Below are positions 39,765 through 49,661 of a stretch of 64,000 nucleotides of DNA, in pieces (positions within the stretch are counted from its first letter, which is position 1; each line of letters opens with the position of its first letter). A program made the translations under genes and the position numbers. The notes under the pieces were generated by a model. That model was not told where the DNA came from. It saw only the letters and a list, made by a program, of their open reading frames with translations, and made no database searches. Source of the stretch: Candidatus Lustribacter sp. (GTDB lineage Bacteria > Vulcanimicrobiota > Vulcanimicrobiia > Vulcanimicrobiales > Vulcanimicrobiaceae); NCBI GenBank assembly GCA_965277805.1, contig OZ255842.1, positions 2,816,001-2,880,000 of the forward strand, in the 5' to 3' direction.

Positions 39765-40740
39765 CGATGGAGCCCGACCCGATCTCGCCATTTCTCACTC
39801 CGGCGCCGCCGCGCCTGGCTGCGACTGCGGACGCCATGCGGCGCAAGCGGCGCAAGCCGTGGCGGAAAACGCCGAGGGGCAGGTAGGGAAACAAGATGTC
39901 GCGGCGATCGTTGCAAAAGTTCAGCGACGAGACCAGCGCCGGGTCGTCCGATGGGAGGTTCCATCGATCGCGGAAATGTTCGAAGCTCGAGCGATTGTTC
40001 TCGCGACTCCAGCGCCACGAAAAGAACGGCAAGCTCTGCAGATCAGCCGGGAACGGCGACGGAAGTAGTTGGGTTACGGCCGATGATGGCTCGAACATCA
40101 GCGTTGCGCCCGCGGTGCGCGCGGTAAAGCAGAAGTCGACGTGGTCGTTACCGTTCAGGTACGCTTCATCGAAACGGCCGATACGATCGAAGAGCGATCT
40201 GCGCACGAGCAGGCAATGCATCTCGAACATCTCCACCGGTTCACGCTCCAGCCCGGCGGCGACGGCGGCGACGGGGCGGGCCACGTAGCGCATGGATTCG
40301 CGCAAGCGGCGGCCGGAGGGCGTGTTCTCGATCCGCGCCTCCCCGCCGGCGAGATGGACTTTCGTAAACGCCGGCTCACCGTGACACACGAGCGGCCCCA
40401 CGACATCGGCTCCGCTTTCGTCCGCGCACGCCACGAGCCGCTCGAGCCAGCCGGCGGCGAAGAGCAGATCGTTGTCGACGAATACGACGTACTCGCTCGA
40501 GCTCGCGTTCAAACCGAGGTTGCGCGCTGCATTGCAGGCGAGAAAACGTTCATGCCGGAGCACCCGGAACCCGCGCCGGCGTCCCTGGTCCTCAATGAGT
40601 TCGCGAATCGCGCGCGGTGAGCCGGCGTCGACGTAGACGAGGTCGAACGGCAGGCCGGCGTTCGCGTACAAGCTATCTAGCGAACGCCCGGTGTAGCCAA
40701 AAACCTCGCGTTGGATAACAACGACGGTCACTCGACCCAT
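39742..40740 (-). CDS. Glycosyltransferase family 2
   Basis: VYVDAGS, ARNLGL, VFVDND, FDE....DHVDFC. Confidence 0.88.
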   Translation of the reverse strand: MGRVTVVVIQREVFGYTGRSLDSLYANAGLPFDLVYVDAGSPRAIRELIEDQGRRRGFRVLRHERFLACNAARNLGLNASSSEYVVFVDNDLLFAAGWLERLVACADESGADVVGPLVCHGEPAFTKVHLAGGEARIENTPSGRRLRESMRYVARPVAAVAAGLEREPVEMFEMHCLLVRRSLFDRIGRFDEAYLNGNDHVDFCFTARTAGATLMFEPSSAVTQLLPSPFPADLQSLPFFSWRWSRENNRSSFEHFRDRWNLPSDDPALVSSLNFCNDRRDILFPYLPLGVFRHGLRRLRRMASAVAARRGGAGVRNGEIGSGSIGRDGRAV

Positions 40741-40925
40741 AGGGCATACCTTCGGGACGAGCGGGCGCTTGCGCCTGTCGCTCGTGTTGGGGGGCTGAGC
40801 GAAGGCTTCCGTGCGCGCCTGGCGAGCGAATTCTCATCGCGGCTTCAGTGATTCAAGTTCGTGCATGGAGTACGCTTCGTGGGTACTTGTCGTTCCGTCC
40901 AGTCCTATCGAAAGGGAACGAATCC

Positions 40926-41273
40926 ATGAACCTCCGCTCATTATTCACGCTCGGCGTCCTGACCGCGGCCCTCGGCGTCAACGCCGTTCCGGCATCGGCG
41001 CAAGCGAACGGCCCGGGCTACCGTCAATGGCAACCCGGTTGGGATCAAGGTCAGTTCGACCGCAATCACGTGATCGTCGGCACCGTCACGAATTTCCAGC
41101 CCTTCCGTCTGCAGATCGCGCGCCCCAACGGCACCGTTCAGACGATCGATCTCAAAAACGGCACGCGCATCTTCCCGCGCGGTCAAACGCCCTCGACGAA
41201 TCAGCGCGTCGCAGTCACCGGTTACTACAGCAACGGAACGTTCATCGCCGACCGCGTCATACTGCGCGACTGA
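40926..41273 (+). CDS. Small exported protein, possible OB-fold (DUF5666-like)
   Basis: Signal peptide; GTVTNF...LQI...IDLKNGT.I.P.G.....RVAVTGY...F.AD.V. Confidence 0.75.
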   Translation: MNLRSLFTLGVLTAALGVNAVPASAQANGPGYRQWQPGWDQGQFDRNHVIVGTVTNFQPFRLQIARPNGTVQTIDLKNGTRIFPRGQTPSTNQRVAVTGYYSNGTFIADRVILRD

Positions 41274-41319
41274 GTAAACCATAAATGTGAGCGGGCCACT
41301 CTCAGAATGGCCTCAGCAT

Positions 41320-41354
41320 GGTGCCCTCGTTATAAGCGGGGGTACCGTTCTGTT
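41320..41354 (+). terminator. Possible intrinsic terminator hairpin
   Basis: GGTGCCCTCG/CGGGGGTACC stem with a weak T tail. Confidence 0.35.
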
Positions 41355-41462
41355 CCCGGAACGATTAGGCGACCACGTTACGTTATTCTTGCGGCTACCC
41401 GATTATAAAGAATGACCACCATCGGCATTATCCACGGGTACCGGACGCGAAAGGTATGAGTC

Positions 41463-41894
41463 ATGAGGATCCTTCGAATTTTTGCCGCCGCGCTCGGCAT
41501 TGCGGCATTCTCCGCACCGCTCGCAGCATTCGCGCAGGGAGCGCCCGCTGCGCCTCCGGCCGGGCCGCCGCCCTCGTACGCGCGCGAGCCCGCTAACGGT
41601 GAAGAGACGATCCATGGCCGGATCGACTCGTTCGATGGGAAGTACCACCTCAACGTGCACGACGATCGCGGCTTCGTCGACAGCGTCGACATGCATCAGG
41701 GCACGGTCATCAATCCGACCGGCCTCTCGCTGCAACCCGGCATGGCCGTGACGATCATGGGCTACAACCGCGGCCGCTCGTTTGCGGCAAACGAAATCGA
41801 CACGCCGTACGCATCGTACGGGTTCGTTCCCGCGTATCCGTATCCGGTCTCGGTCGGAATCGGCTTCGGACCGGTGATCTATCATCGCTGGTAA
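41463..41894 (+). CDS. Small exported protein, paralog-like to 40926-41273
   Basis: Signal peptide; GRIDSF...L.V...VDMHQGT.I.P.G..LQPGM.VTIMGY...F.ANEI. Confidence 0.78.
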   Translation: MRILRIFAAALGIAAFSAPLAAFAQGAPAAPPAGPPPSYAREPANGEETIHGRIDSFDGKYHLNVHDDRGFVDSVDMHQGTVINPTGLSLQPGMAVTIMGYNRGRSFAANEIDTPYASYGFVPAYPYPVSVGIGFGPVIYHRW

Positions 41895-43683
41895 GTTCGC
41901 GCCCGCCGCGGCAGCGCTCGTCGTAACGTCGTTACTCCTGGCCGCTTGCGGCGGCGGCGGTGGCGGCGGATCCACTCCTGGCGTAATCCCGACGGCGACG
42001 CCCACCGTGACGCCTTCACCGCGCGCGAGCGCCACGCTGAACCCGCAATCATTTATTTGCCCGGCAACCGGTGCGCTGAACTCGGTCGCACGGCTCGGAT
42101 CTGAGTCCGTTTCGACGGACGCGGTGCGCCGTCACGTCAGCAAGCCGTCGTTTCACACCACGGCGTCCGGCACGACGTTCCTGGCGGTGAACTACAGTCG
42201 TTCGACGCTGGCATCCAACGCGCGGCAAGTTGCCGGACGCGAGCAGGCCGCCGGTGCGAACCTCGTCCAGACGTTCGACTATCCGTCGAGCAACGTAACG
42301 CAACACATCATCGCAGTTCCGACCGCCAACGTGGCGCAAGTGAAGGCGAGTCTCCAAACGCAGGCCGGCGTCCAAAGCGTGGGCGTTACCGGCGGACGCC
42401 GTTTTCATATGACGACGACCCCGGTCTACACCGCCGACCCATATTTCACCGGGTTCCAGCCGAACAATTTCGAGACGCTCCCCTTTGCGGAGAGCGCAAC
42501 GGTTCCCGGGCAGTGGGATATGCACGTGATCGGGCTCGAGCACGCGTACGGGTACAGTCAAGCCGGCCCGAACTACACACTCAGTCCTGCAGCCTTGGGT
42601 TCGTCATCCGTAAAAATCGCAATAATCGATACCGGCGAAGACGCGAATCACCCCGAGCTTGCCAATAAGATCAAGAACCAAGAGTGCTTCATCACGAACG
42701 ACGCGGGCACGTCGCAGTCGACCGGCAATTTTGCGACCGACGCGGACGGTCACGGGACCGACGTTGCCGGCATCGCGGCAGCGGATTCGGGCAATGCGCT
42801 CGGCTTCACGGGTGCCGGCGGCAGAGCGGTAATCTACGCCTACCGTGTCTTTCCGACCCCGGACGATACCTGCCTTTCGGATACCGGTGGCGACGATACG
42901 TGCTCGGCGGGGACGACCGACATCGCTGACGCGATCAACGACGCCGTGAGCCGTGGCGTCAACGTCATATCGATGAGCATAGGAGGCGGTTCGTGTAACA
43001 ACGGGGTCGACGACGACTCCGTCGAGGGCCAAGCCGTCAACAATGCGATTACGCACAACATCATTGTCGTCGCCGCAGCCGGCAATGATAACAACGGAAG
43101 TCCCGGTCTCAGCGCACCGGGTTGCGACAACGGCGTGATTGCCGTCGGCGCAACCGCCATCGCCGATGGTCAGGCCGTTGGTTCGACCGGCGACTTCACG
43201 AGTACGACCGCCGTTAACGCGACCGCAGCGAACCCCGTCGAATACGTTGCATCATACTCGCAGTTCGGCAGTCCCGGCGCGAGCGTCCATAACGCAAGTG
43301 CCTGGGGCATCGTTGCACCCGGCGGCGATCCGACGGGTTCTGGCTTGACCAGCAACGACAGCGACAACTTACACTGGATCGAGAACATCTGGACGACGAC
43401 GCCGCTCGATGCCAACTTTCAGGGCACCTGCACGTCGGACTTGAACACTAGTTCGGTCGCAGATTGCCGCACCTTGATAGCTGGTACGTCAATGTCCACC
43501 CCGCATGTGGCCGGAGCAGCCGCGCTGATTCTTGCCGTCAAGCCGTCGTACCAAAGCCCGGCTATGATGAAACAGTTGCTCTGCTCCACCGCGGACGACA
43601 TCTTCGATACGCACGAGGGCTGTGGGCGGCTCAACGTTTACCGTGCGATGGCGGTCGCGGTGGGCGATACCAACCCACCGTAG
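41881..43683 (+). CDS. Subtilisin-like S8 serine protease, lipoprotein; probable ATC start
   Basis: IAIIDTG, HGTDVAG, AAAGND, AGTSMSTPHVAG; lipobox LLLAAC-GGGG lies upstream of the first canonical start (42007). Confidence 0.9.
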   Translation: MIAGKFAPAAAALVVTSLLLAACGGGGGGGSTPGVIPTATPTVTPSPRASATLNPQSFICPATGALNSVARLGSESVSTDAVRRHVSKPSFHTTASGTTFLAVNYSRSTLASNARQVAGREQAAGANLVQTFDYPSSNVTQHIIAVPTANVAQVKASLQTQAGVQSVGVTGGRRFHMTTTPVYTADPYFTGFQPNNFETLPFAESATVPGQWDMHVIGLEHAYGYSQAGPNYTLSPAALGSSSVKIAIIDTGEDANHPELANKIKNQECFITNDAGTSQSTGNFATDADGHGTDVAGIAAADSGNALGFTGAGGRAVIYAYRVFPTPDDTCLSDTGGDDTCSAGTTDIADAINDAVSRGVNVISMSIGGGSCNNGVDDDSVEGQAVNNAITHNIIVVAAAGNDNNGSPGLSAPGCDNGVIAVGATAIADGQAVGSTGDFTSTTAVNATAANPVEYVASYSQFGSPGASVHNASAWGIVAPGGDPTGSGLTSNDSDNLHWIENIWTTTPLDANFQGTCTSDLNTSSVADCRTLIAGTSMSTPHVAGAAALILAVKPSYQSPAMMKQLLCSTADDIFDTHEGCGRLNVYRAMAVAVGDTNPP

Positions 43684-43750
43684 CCACCTCTTTGCGGGCA
43701 TTCGAACGGGGTCAAGAGGCGGAATCAGCCGGGAGAGCAATTCTATCGAG

Positions 43751-43924
43751 ATGACGAAAAAAGCCACCGGCGCCGCCTCGCCGGCCCGCATCGCCGAAGC
43801 CTTGGTCAAAGCCAAGGCGCGCGCGAAAGCCGAACGTGATGCCGAAGCCGAGTCCAGCCGGGTGCGGGATATGTTCGAAAAAGACCGCGCGGCGTTTGCT
43901 CGCCGTTACGGTGCCCTCCGCTAG
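43751..43924 (+). CDS. Small basic helical hypothetical protein
   Basis: 57 aa from ATG, with codon usage like that of neighbouring genes. Confidence 0.5.
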   Translation: MTKKATGAASPARIAEALVKAKARAKAERDAEAESSRVRDMFEKDRAAFARRYGALR

Positions 43925-44109
43925 ATCGGCCGTCGTAGCGCCTGTCGTGGTATAGAAGGAACCGTCGATGACCTTCCTCGACCCACTCGCCAGCGTACTG
44001 TTCGCCCTCCGGTTCAGCCTCGATCAATACACGGACTGGTACAACTCGCCGAACGCGGCACTGTTGTTCTGGTCCGTTTTTACTGCCGTCGTTCTCCTGA
44101 TTATCGCCG

Positions 44110-45210
44110 TTACGATGTGGGCGTTCCGGCGAATGCGTCCGCACTAACAGAGCCAAGCCGCCCCAGGGCCGGGATCACTTCGCGGCCGAAGAGTTCGAGC
44201 GAGCGTAGGGCTTCGGCTTGCGGGAGCAGATGAAAGTTCACTTGCAGTGACGCGTGCTCGAAGCCGCCGATGCGCTCATTCAGCGCGATGAGCGATTCAC
44301 GTGCCTCGGCCGGCGTTCCGATCAGCGCGCTGCCGCTGGCGATCAGCGACTCCATCGTCTGCTGGCTCAGGCGCTCGTACTTCTTGTCGTAGTCCTTGTA
44401 GTCGGCCGACGACGTACCGGTCGTCCAGTCGTTGGCAGCTTCCAATAACGAACGGAAGTAGGCATCGATCTGCGGCCGCGCGATGCGCCGCGCGCGCTCG
44501 CCGTCTTCATCGACGAACATGTGCAGCGCCAGCATCACCTCGCCATTACCGGGATGGCCGGCCGCGCGGTACGCGTCGCGATAGGCAAAGAGCGTTTCGC
44601 GCAATTTCTCCGCCGCCATCGGAATCGCCATGATCGAGTAACCCATGCGGCCGGCATACTCGAACGACTCGCGCGTGAACGTTGCCGCGACGTAGAATTT
44701 GGGGCGCGGCTTTTGCGTCGGGCGCGGCAGCGACGTCACGTTGTCGAAGGAATGGAATGTGCCGTGATGCGTCACGTTTTCTTCGCGCAACAGCAGATCG
44801 ATCTGCTCGATGCCTTCGCGATAGCGCGCGACCGATTCGTCGGGCGAGACGCCGAACGTGCGAAACTCGTGCGGTAGGAACGCGCGCGCGAAGCCGATGT
44901 CGACGCGGCCGTTGCTGATGCCGTCGAGCTCCGCAATTTCGGCCGCCAACTTGAGCGGGTTGTTGAACGCCGGAATGCACGCCCCGGTCACGAGCCGCGC
45001 GGTCTTCGTCCGCTCCGCGGCCGCGGCGAGAAACAGCAACGGGTTCGGGCTATAGCCGCCGTAATAATGAAAGTAGTGCTCGACCGTGCGGATGTGCGTG
45101 TAGCCGAGCGGCTCCGCGCGTTCGACGATCTCGAGGCAGTTGCGGTAGTACTCCGCCGGCGACTTGTCCTCGGGCCGCACGTCGGGGAAGAATTGGACGC
45201 CGAATTCCAT
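44110..45210 (-). CDS. LLM-class (luciferase-like) flavin-dependent oxidoreductase
   Basis: VEHYF..YGGYSPNP, PLKLAAEIA.LD.ISNGR, PRP.QKP.P. Confidence 0.9.
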   Translation of the reverse strand: MEFGVQFFPDVRPEDKSPAEYYRNCLEIVERAEPLGYTHIRTVEHYFHYYGGYSPNPLLFLAAAAERTKTARLVTGACIPAFNNPLKLAAEIAELDGISNGRVDIGFARAFLPHEFRTFGVSPDESVARYREGIEQIDLLLREENVTHHGTFHSFDNVTSLPRPTQKPRPKFYVAATFTRESFEYAGRMGYSIMAIPMAAEKLRETLFAYRDAYRAAGHPGNGEVMLALHMFVDEDGERARRIARPQIDAYFRSLLEAANDWTTGTSSADYKDYDKKYERLSQQTMESLIASGSALIGTPAEARESLIALNERIGGFEHASLQVNFHLLPQAEALRSLELFGREVIPALGRLGSVSADAFAGTPTS

Positions 45211-45301
45211 CGGGTCTCGTTTTCTTCTAACAACTCGTTATAACCCTGAGCTTGACGAAGGGGACGAATGGGGGCCCCGCGCGGGCGCCGAATCTCAGGC
45301 C

Positions 45302-46312
45302 ATGATCGAGACGTCCGTAAAACTGACCGATGACGAGCGCCGGGCTGCTTGGGACGCAGCGGCAGTCTCCCCGTTATGGGAGAACCGCATGGCGCACGGC
45401 GGCGCCCCGCCGCCCGACCGCCCGCAACTGTGGGCGTGGCAGGCGATGAAGCCCCTCATCGAAGACGCGGCCGCCTTGAACTCGACGGCCGTTGTCGAGC
45501 GGCGCGTGCTCTCGCTCATGCACGCCAACCCCCATGCGCTCGGCTTCCCCTTCACGATCACGAACCTGAACGCCGGCTATCAGATCCTCTTGCCCGGCGA
45601 GTCGGCGCGGCCGCACAGGCACTCGATGAACGCCCTGCGGTTCGTGCTCGACGGCAACGGCGCTAACACCGTCGTCGACGGGAAGGCGTGCCCGATGTTC
45701 GAGGGCGACCTGATCCTCACGCCGGGCTGGACCTGGCACGAGCACGTTCACCCCGGCCAAGACAAGATCGTCTGGCTCGACGTCCTCGATGCCTCGCTCC
45801 ACCGCTATCTCGGCACGGATGCCTTCGAGCCCGGTCCGGTGCACGATCTGCCGCCGACCACCCCCGATGCCTCCTTCGCCTTTGCCAACCTGCTGCCGGA
45901 GATCCCCGAGACGGCCGCCTACAGCCCGGTTTTCCGCTACCCCTGGGCCGCGGCCGCGGCCGCAGTCGCTGCCGCCCCGCGCGGGGCCGACGGCGCCCGC
46001 CGCCTGCGGTACGTCAACCCGGTGACCGGCGGCGCCACCATGACGCTGCTTGACTGCACGCTGATGGAGATCGAGGCCGGCGGCGAGACGGCGCCCTTCT
46101 ACACCTCGAGCCATTCGGTGGTAACCGTGGTCGAAGGCTCCGGCAGCACGACGTCCGACGGCGCCACGATCGACTGGGAAGCGAAGGACGTCTTCTCGCT
46201 ACCGAGCCGGCAGTGGGTGACCCACCGTGCCAACGAGCGGACGCGCCTCTTCTTCACGACCGACCGCGAAGTGCTGCGCCGCCTCGATTTGCTCGAAGAG
46301 AAGTTCCGCTAA
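45302..46312 (+). CDS. Bicupin ring-cleavage dioxygenase (gentisate 1,2-dioxygenase family)
   Basis: ERRVL, QILLPGE.A.PHRHS..ALRF, GDLILTP.WTWHEH, WLDVLD. Confidence 0.88.
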   Translation: MIETSVKLTDDERRAAWDAAAVSPLWENRMAHGGAPPPDRPQLWAWQAMKPLIEDAAALNSTAVVERRVLSLMHANPHALGFPFTITNLNAGYQILLPGESARPHRHSMNALRFVLDGNGANTVVDGKACPMFEGDLILTPGWTWHEHVHPGQDKIVWLDVLDASLHRYLGTDAFEPGPVHDLPPTTPDASFAFANLLPEIPETAAYSPVFRYPWAAAAAAVAAAPRGADGARRLRYVNPVTGGATMTLLDCTLMEIEAGGETAPFYTSSHSVVTVVEGSGSTTSDGATIDWEAKDVFSLPSRQWVTHRANERTRLFFTTDREVLRRLDLLEEKFR

Positions 46313-47157
46313 GCGGTAACGGGCGCGTCGGCGACGACAGGGATCGACATCTCGCCGACTTTCTCGATCGCGATGCGCACCGTGTCGCCGGGAACGATCG
46401 GGCCCACGCCCGACATCGTGCCGCTCGCGATGATGTCGCCGGGCTGCAGCGTCGTCACCGACGAGCAGAGCACGACGGCTTCGGAGATGCCGACGACCAT
46501 ATCGTTCACCGGCGCTTCTTGTTTGAGCTTGCCGTTGACCCACAGCCGTAACACGATGTCGTCGGTCGCGCCGACTTCATCGGCGGTGGTGATCCATGGT
46601 CCGACGGGACAGAACGTATCGAACGACTTGCGCATCACGCGCTCTTCTTTGCCGCGCATCGTGACGTCGATCAGACACGCGTAACCGAAGATATACTCGC
46701 GCGCGTTTTCGAGCGCGATCTTGTGGCCCGACTTGCCGATGATGATCGCGAGTTCGCATTCGTGATGAAAGTTGCGACCGGGACGATCGGGGATCGCGAT
46801 CGGTTCGGCGGGCCCGCTCAACGCGCCGTTGGACTTCATGAAGAAGCCTTCGCTGCCGGGGACGCTCGGATCGCCGCCCATTTCGGCCGTATGCGCGCGG
46901 AAGTTATTCGGCAGCGCCAGCAGCTTATGCGGCCACGGAATCGGCGTTTCCAGCGTCACGCCGGACAGCGGCAAACCGACTGAGAGTGCGAGGACGCGCT
47001 CGATACCGGGCACTAATTCGTCGAATGCCGCGATCGTTGTGATCATGCCCATCGGCGGCCATTCGGCCGGATCGACACCGCAAGCATCGCTGACGTCGTG
47101 GATCCGATCGCCGATCACGACACCGATGCGGCCACCGTCAAAGCGCGCGATTTTCAT
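46309..47157 (-). CDS. Fumarylacetoacetate hydrolase family protein
   Basis: FFMK, HHECELAIIIGK, DVT.R, KSFDTFCPVGP, LQPGDIIASGT. Confidence 0.9.
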   Translation of the reverse strand: MKIARFDGGRIGVVIGDRIHDVSDACGVDPAEWPPMGMITTIAAFDELVPGIERVLALSVGLPLSGVTLETPIPWPHKLLALPNNFRAHTAEMGGDPSVPGSEGFFMKSNGALSGPAEPIAIPDRPGRNFHHECELAIIIGKSGHKIALENAREYIFGYACLIDVTMRGKEERVMRKSFDTFCPVGPWITTADEVGATDDIVLRLWVNGKLKQEAPVNDMVVGISEAVVLCSSVTTLQPGDIIASGTMSGVGPIVPGDTVRIAIEKVGEMSIPVVADAPVTA

Positions 47158-47235
47158 TCATCGCGCCTACGACGGCGGCGTCACGCATCCTCGCATAACG
47201 GGGGATGCTGAAAGAACAACAATAATATTCCATCC

Positions 47236-48015
47236 GTGCAGACTTCCGGCCGAAACGATCTCCGGCGCCTCGTCGGCAAGACGGCGCTCATCACCGGTAC
47301 CGCAGGCGGGCAAGGCCGCGCGGCCGCCATACTGTTTTCCGCACATGGCGCAACGGTCGTCGGCTGCGATCTCAACGTCGAAGGCGCACTCGAGACCGAG
47401 CGCATGGTGCGCGATGCCGGCGGCACGATGTATTCACAGCAACCGGTCGATATGAGCGACCGGACGCAAGTCGAGGCGTGGATCGCATGGGCCGCGCAAA
47501 CCTGCGACGGTTTCGACATCCTTTACAACAACGCGTCGGCTCCGAAGATGAATCCGTTTGCGAAGCTCACTCCGGATGAGTGGAACTTCACGCTGCGCAA
47601 CGAGCTCGACATCGTCTACCACGCCTGTCAGGTCGCGTGGCCCTATCTGCTCGCGCGCCGCGGCAACATCATCAACACGGCCTCGGCGATGGCGCTCGTG
47701 ACGCGCGGCGAAGGTTATAGCGCGCACGTCGCCGCGAAGGCCGGCGTCATCGCTCTTACTCGGCAGCTCGCCTATGAGGGCGGCCCGCACGGCGTTCGAG
47801 TGAACGCTCTCTCGCCAGGGCTGGTCGAAACGCCGATCACTATGCGTTGGCTCCACGACCCCGTCAAACGGCGAGAGCGCGAGAAGTGGTATCCGATCGG
47901 ACGCCTCGGCAAGCCCGAAGATGTTGCTTATGCGGCGCTCTACCTCGCTTCCGACGAAGCCTCGTGGGTCACCGGCTCAAACATCGTCATCGACGGCGGC
48001 ACCAGCACTATTTAG
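47236..48015 (+). CDS. SDR family oxidoreductase
   Basis: TGTAGGQG, NNAS, H...K in place of YxxxK, VRVNALSPG. Confidence 0.9.
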   Translation: MQTSGRNDLRRLVGKTALITGTAGGQGRAAAILFSAHGATVVGCDLNVEGALETERMVRDAGGTMYSQQPVDMSDRTQVEAWIAWAAQTCDGFDILYNNASAPKMNPFAKLTPDEWNFTLRNELDIVYHACQVAWPYLLARRGNIINTASAMALVTRGEGYSAHVAAKAGVIALTRQLAYEGGPHGVRVNALSPGLVETPITMRWLHDPVKRREREKWYPIGRLGKPEDVAYAALYLASDEASWVTGSNIVIDGGTSTI

Positions 48016-48035
48016 GAACCGTTCTCCGAAGCGGT

Positions 48036-48159
48036 ATGGGTCGCCGCCTCCTAGGCGTTATCAACATAGAGGGCTAGCCGCTCGTTTCCTTAGGCGGTTG
48101 TCGAATGCGCTAAGTCTCCTCGCCCTGTAACTTTAATGGCGACCCATTCGAGGGAGGGA
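48036..48159 (+). ncRNA. Candidate structured 5' leader of amt
   Basis: 10-bp perfect closing stem ATGGGTCGCC/GGCGACCCAT with nested stems, directly before the RBS. Confidence 0.45.
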
Positions 48160-48166
48160 TAGTTTT

Positions 48167-49600
48167 TTGTTGACGTTATTGGGCGACGTAACGCAGATCG
48201 CTGCTGCGACACCGCCGCCGACCCCCGCACCGACATTGATCCCGGATCCACCGTGGCTCAATGCGGGCGACACTTCATGGCAACTCACGGCCGGCACGTT
48301 CGTCGGCCTTCAGAGCATTCCGGGCCTGGCAATTCTCTACGCCGGTCTGGTCAAGAAAAAGTGGGCGCTCAACTCGGCCGTGATGTGCTTCTATGCCTTC
48401 TCGATCGTGTTGATCACCTGGTCGCTTTGGGGCTACAACAGCTCCTTCGGCACACAGTGGTTGACGCTGGCCGGTAACGGCTTTTTAGGCTTCCCGTCGC
48501 CCGCCGTCGGCGCGGCGCAAGAGATCGGTCAAGCGGTAATTCCCGCGGCCGCAGCCGCGTTGCCGCCGCTGCGTTTTGCCGGCTCCGCGATGATCTACTT
48601 CCAGTTCGTGTTCGCCGCGATCACGCCGCTGCTGATCGCGGGTGCGGTGCTCGGCCGCATGAACTTCAAAGCGTGGATGATCTTCGTTCCGATTTGGAGC
48701 ACGATCGTCTACTCGGTCGGCGCGTTTAGCCTCTGGGGCGGCGGCTGGCTCTCGCAACTTGGTGCCGCTGACTACTCAGGTGGTTACGTCATCCATTTGG
48801 CGGCTGGTATTTCCGGTTTCGTTACGGCCGCAATGGTCGGTCCCCGACTGCTCGCCGACCGCAAGGACTTCGAGCCGAACAACTTGATCATCGCTCTCGC
48901 CGGTGCCGGTATTCTCTGGCTCGGTTGGAACGGGTTCAACGGCGGTGACCCGTACTTCGCCAACCACGACGCGGCCGCAGCCGTACTGAACACCAACATC
49001 ACGACGGCGGTATCGCTGCTCGTGTGGCTGATCCTCGATATGTTCGCGACCGGTAAGGTCAACGCGGTATCGATGATCAACGGTATGATCGTCGGCCTCG
49101 TCGCAATCACGCCGGCCGCCGGTTTTGTGAACGGTTTCGGCGCGATGGGCATCGGCCTCGTCGCCGGTATCATCGTCTGGTTCTCGCTCAACAAACTCAA
49201 CAACACCGCACTGCTGCAGCGAGTCGACGATACGTTCGGCGTACTGCATACGCACGGTGTCGCCGGTCTCATCGGCGGTTTGATGGTCGGCGTGGTTGCC
49301 GATCCGAACATGATCGAGTACTACAGCGCTCCCGGTACTCCGAATCCGAAGTGGGATCCCACGTCCGCTCCGGCCTTCTCGATCGAAGGCCTGCTGGCTC
49401 ACGGAAACCCGCACCAGTTGATCTTGCAAGCCGAAGCTGCGGCGTTCATCATCATCTGGAACATCATCGCGACGTTTGTCATCCTCAAGATCATTTCGTT
49501 CTTCATCCCGCTTCGTGCGAGCGACGGCGATGTCGAAGGCGGCGATCTTGCGATCCACGGTATGGATCCGATCCCGGGATACACGCAAACGCCCGCCTAA
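48167..49600 (+). CDS. amt: Ammonium transporter
   Basis: GDTSWQL, FQFVFAAIT, DYSGGYVIH, LWLGWNGFNGG, DD..GV.HTHG (twin His). Confidence 0.95.
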   Translation: MLTLLGDVTQIAAATPPPTPAPTLIPDPPWLNAGDTSWQLTAGTFVGLQSIPGLAILYAGLVKKKWALNSAVMCFYAFSIVLITWSLWGYNSSFGTQWLTLAGNGFLGFPSPAVGAAQEIGQAVIPAAAAALPPLRFAGSAMIYFQFVFAAITPLLIAGAVLGRMNFKAWMIFVPIWSTIVYSVGAFSLWGGGWLSQLGAADYSGGYVIHLAAGISGFVTAAMVGPRLLADRKDFEPNNLIIALAGAGILWLGWNGFNGGDPYFANHDAAAAVLNTNITTAVSLLVWLILDMFATGKVNAVSMINGMIVGLVAITPAAGFVNGFGAMGIGLVAGIIVWFSLNKLNNTALLQRVDDTFGVLHTHGVAGLIGGLMVGVVADPNMIEYYSAPGTPNPKWDPTSAPAFSIEGLLAHGNPHQLILQAEAAAFIIIWNIIATFVILKIISFFIPLRASDGDVEGGDLAIHGMDPIPGYTQTPA

Positions 49601-49620
49601 CAAGAGCTGCCTCCAACAGC

Positions 49621-49661
49621 AGAGCCGCCGGATCTTCCGGCGGCTCTTTTTTTTCTTTTTT
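49621..49661 (+). terminator. Intrinsic terminator after amt
   Basis: 12-bp stem AGAGCCGCCGGA/TCCGGCGGCTCT followed by a long T run. Confidence 0.9.

Noticed and set aside
43806-44156. 116-aa minus-strand ORF
   Set aside because: Overlaps genes at both ends, has no motif or clear RBS; possibly a fragment but unsupported.
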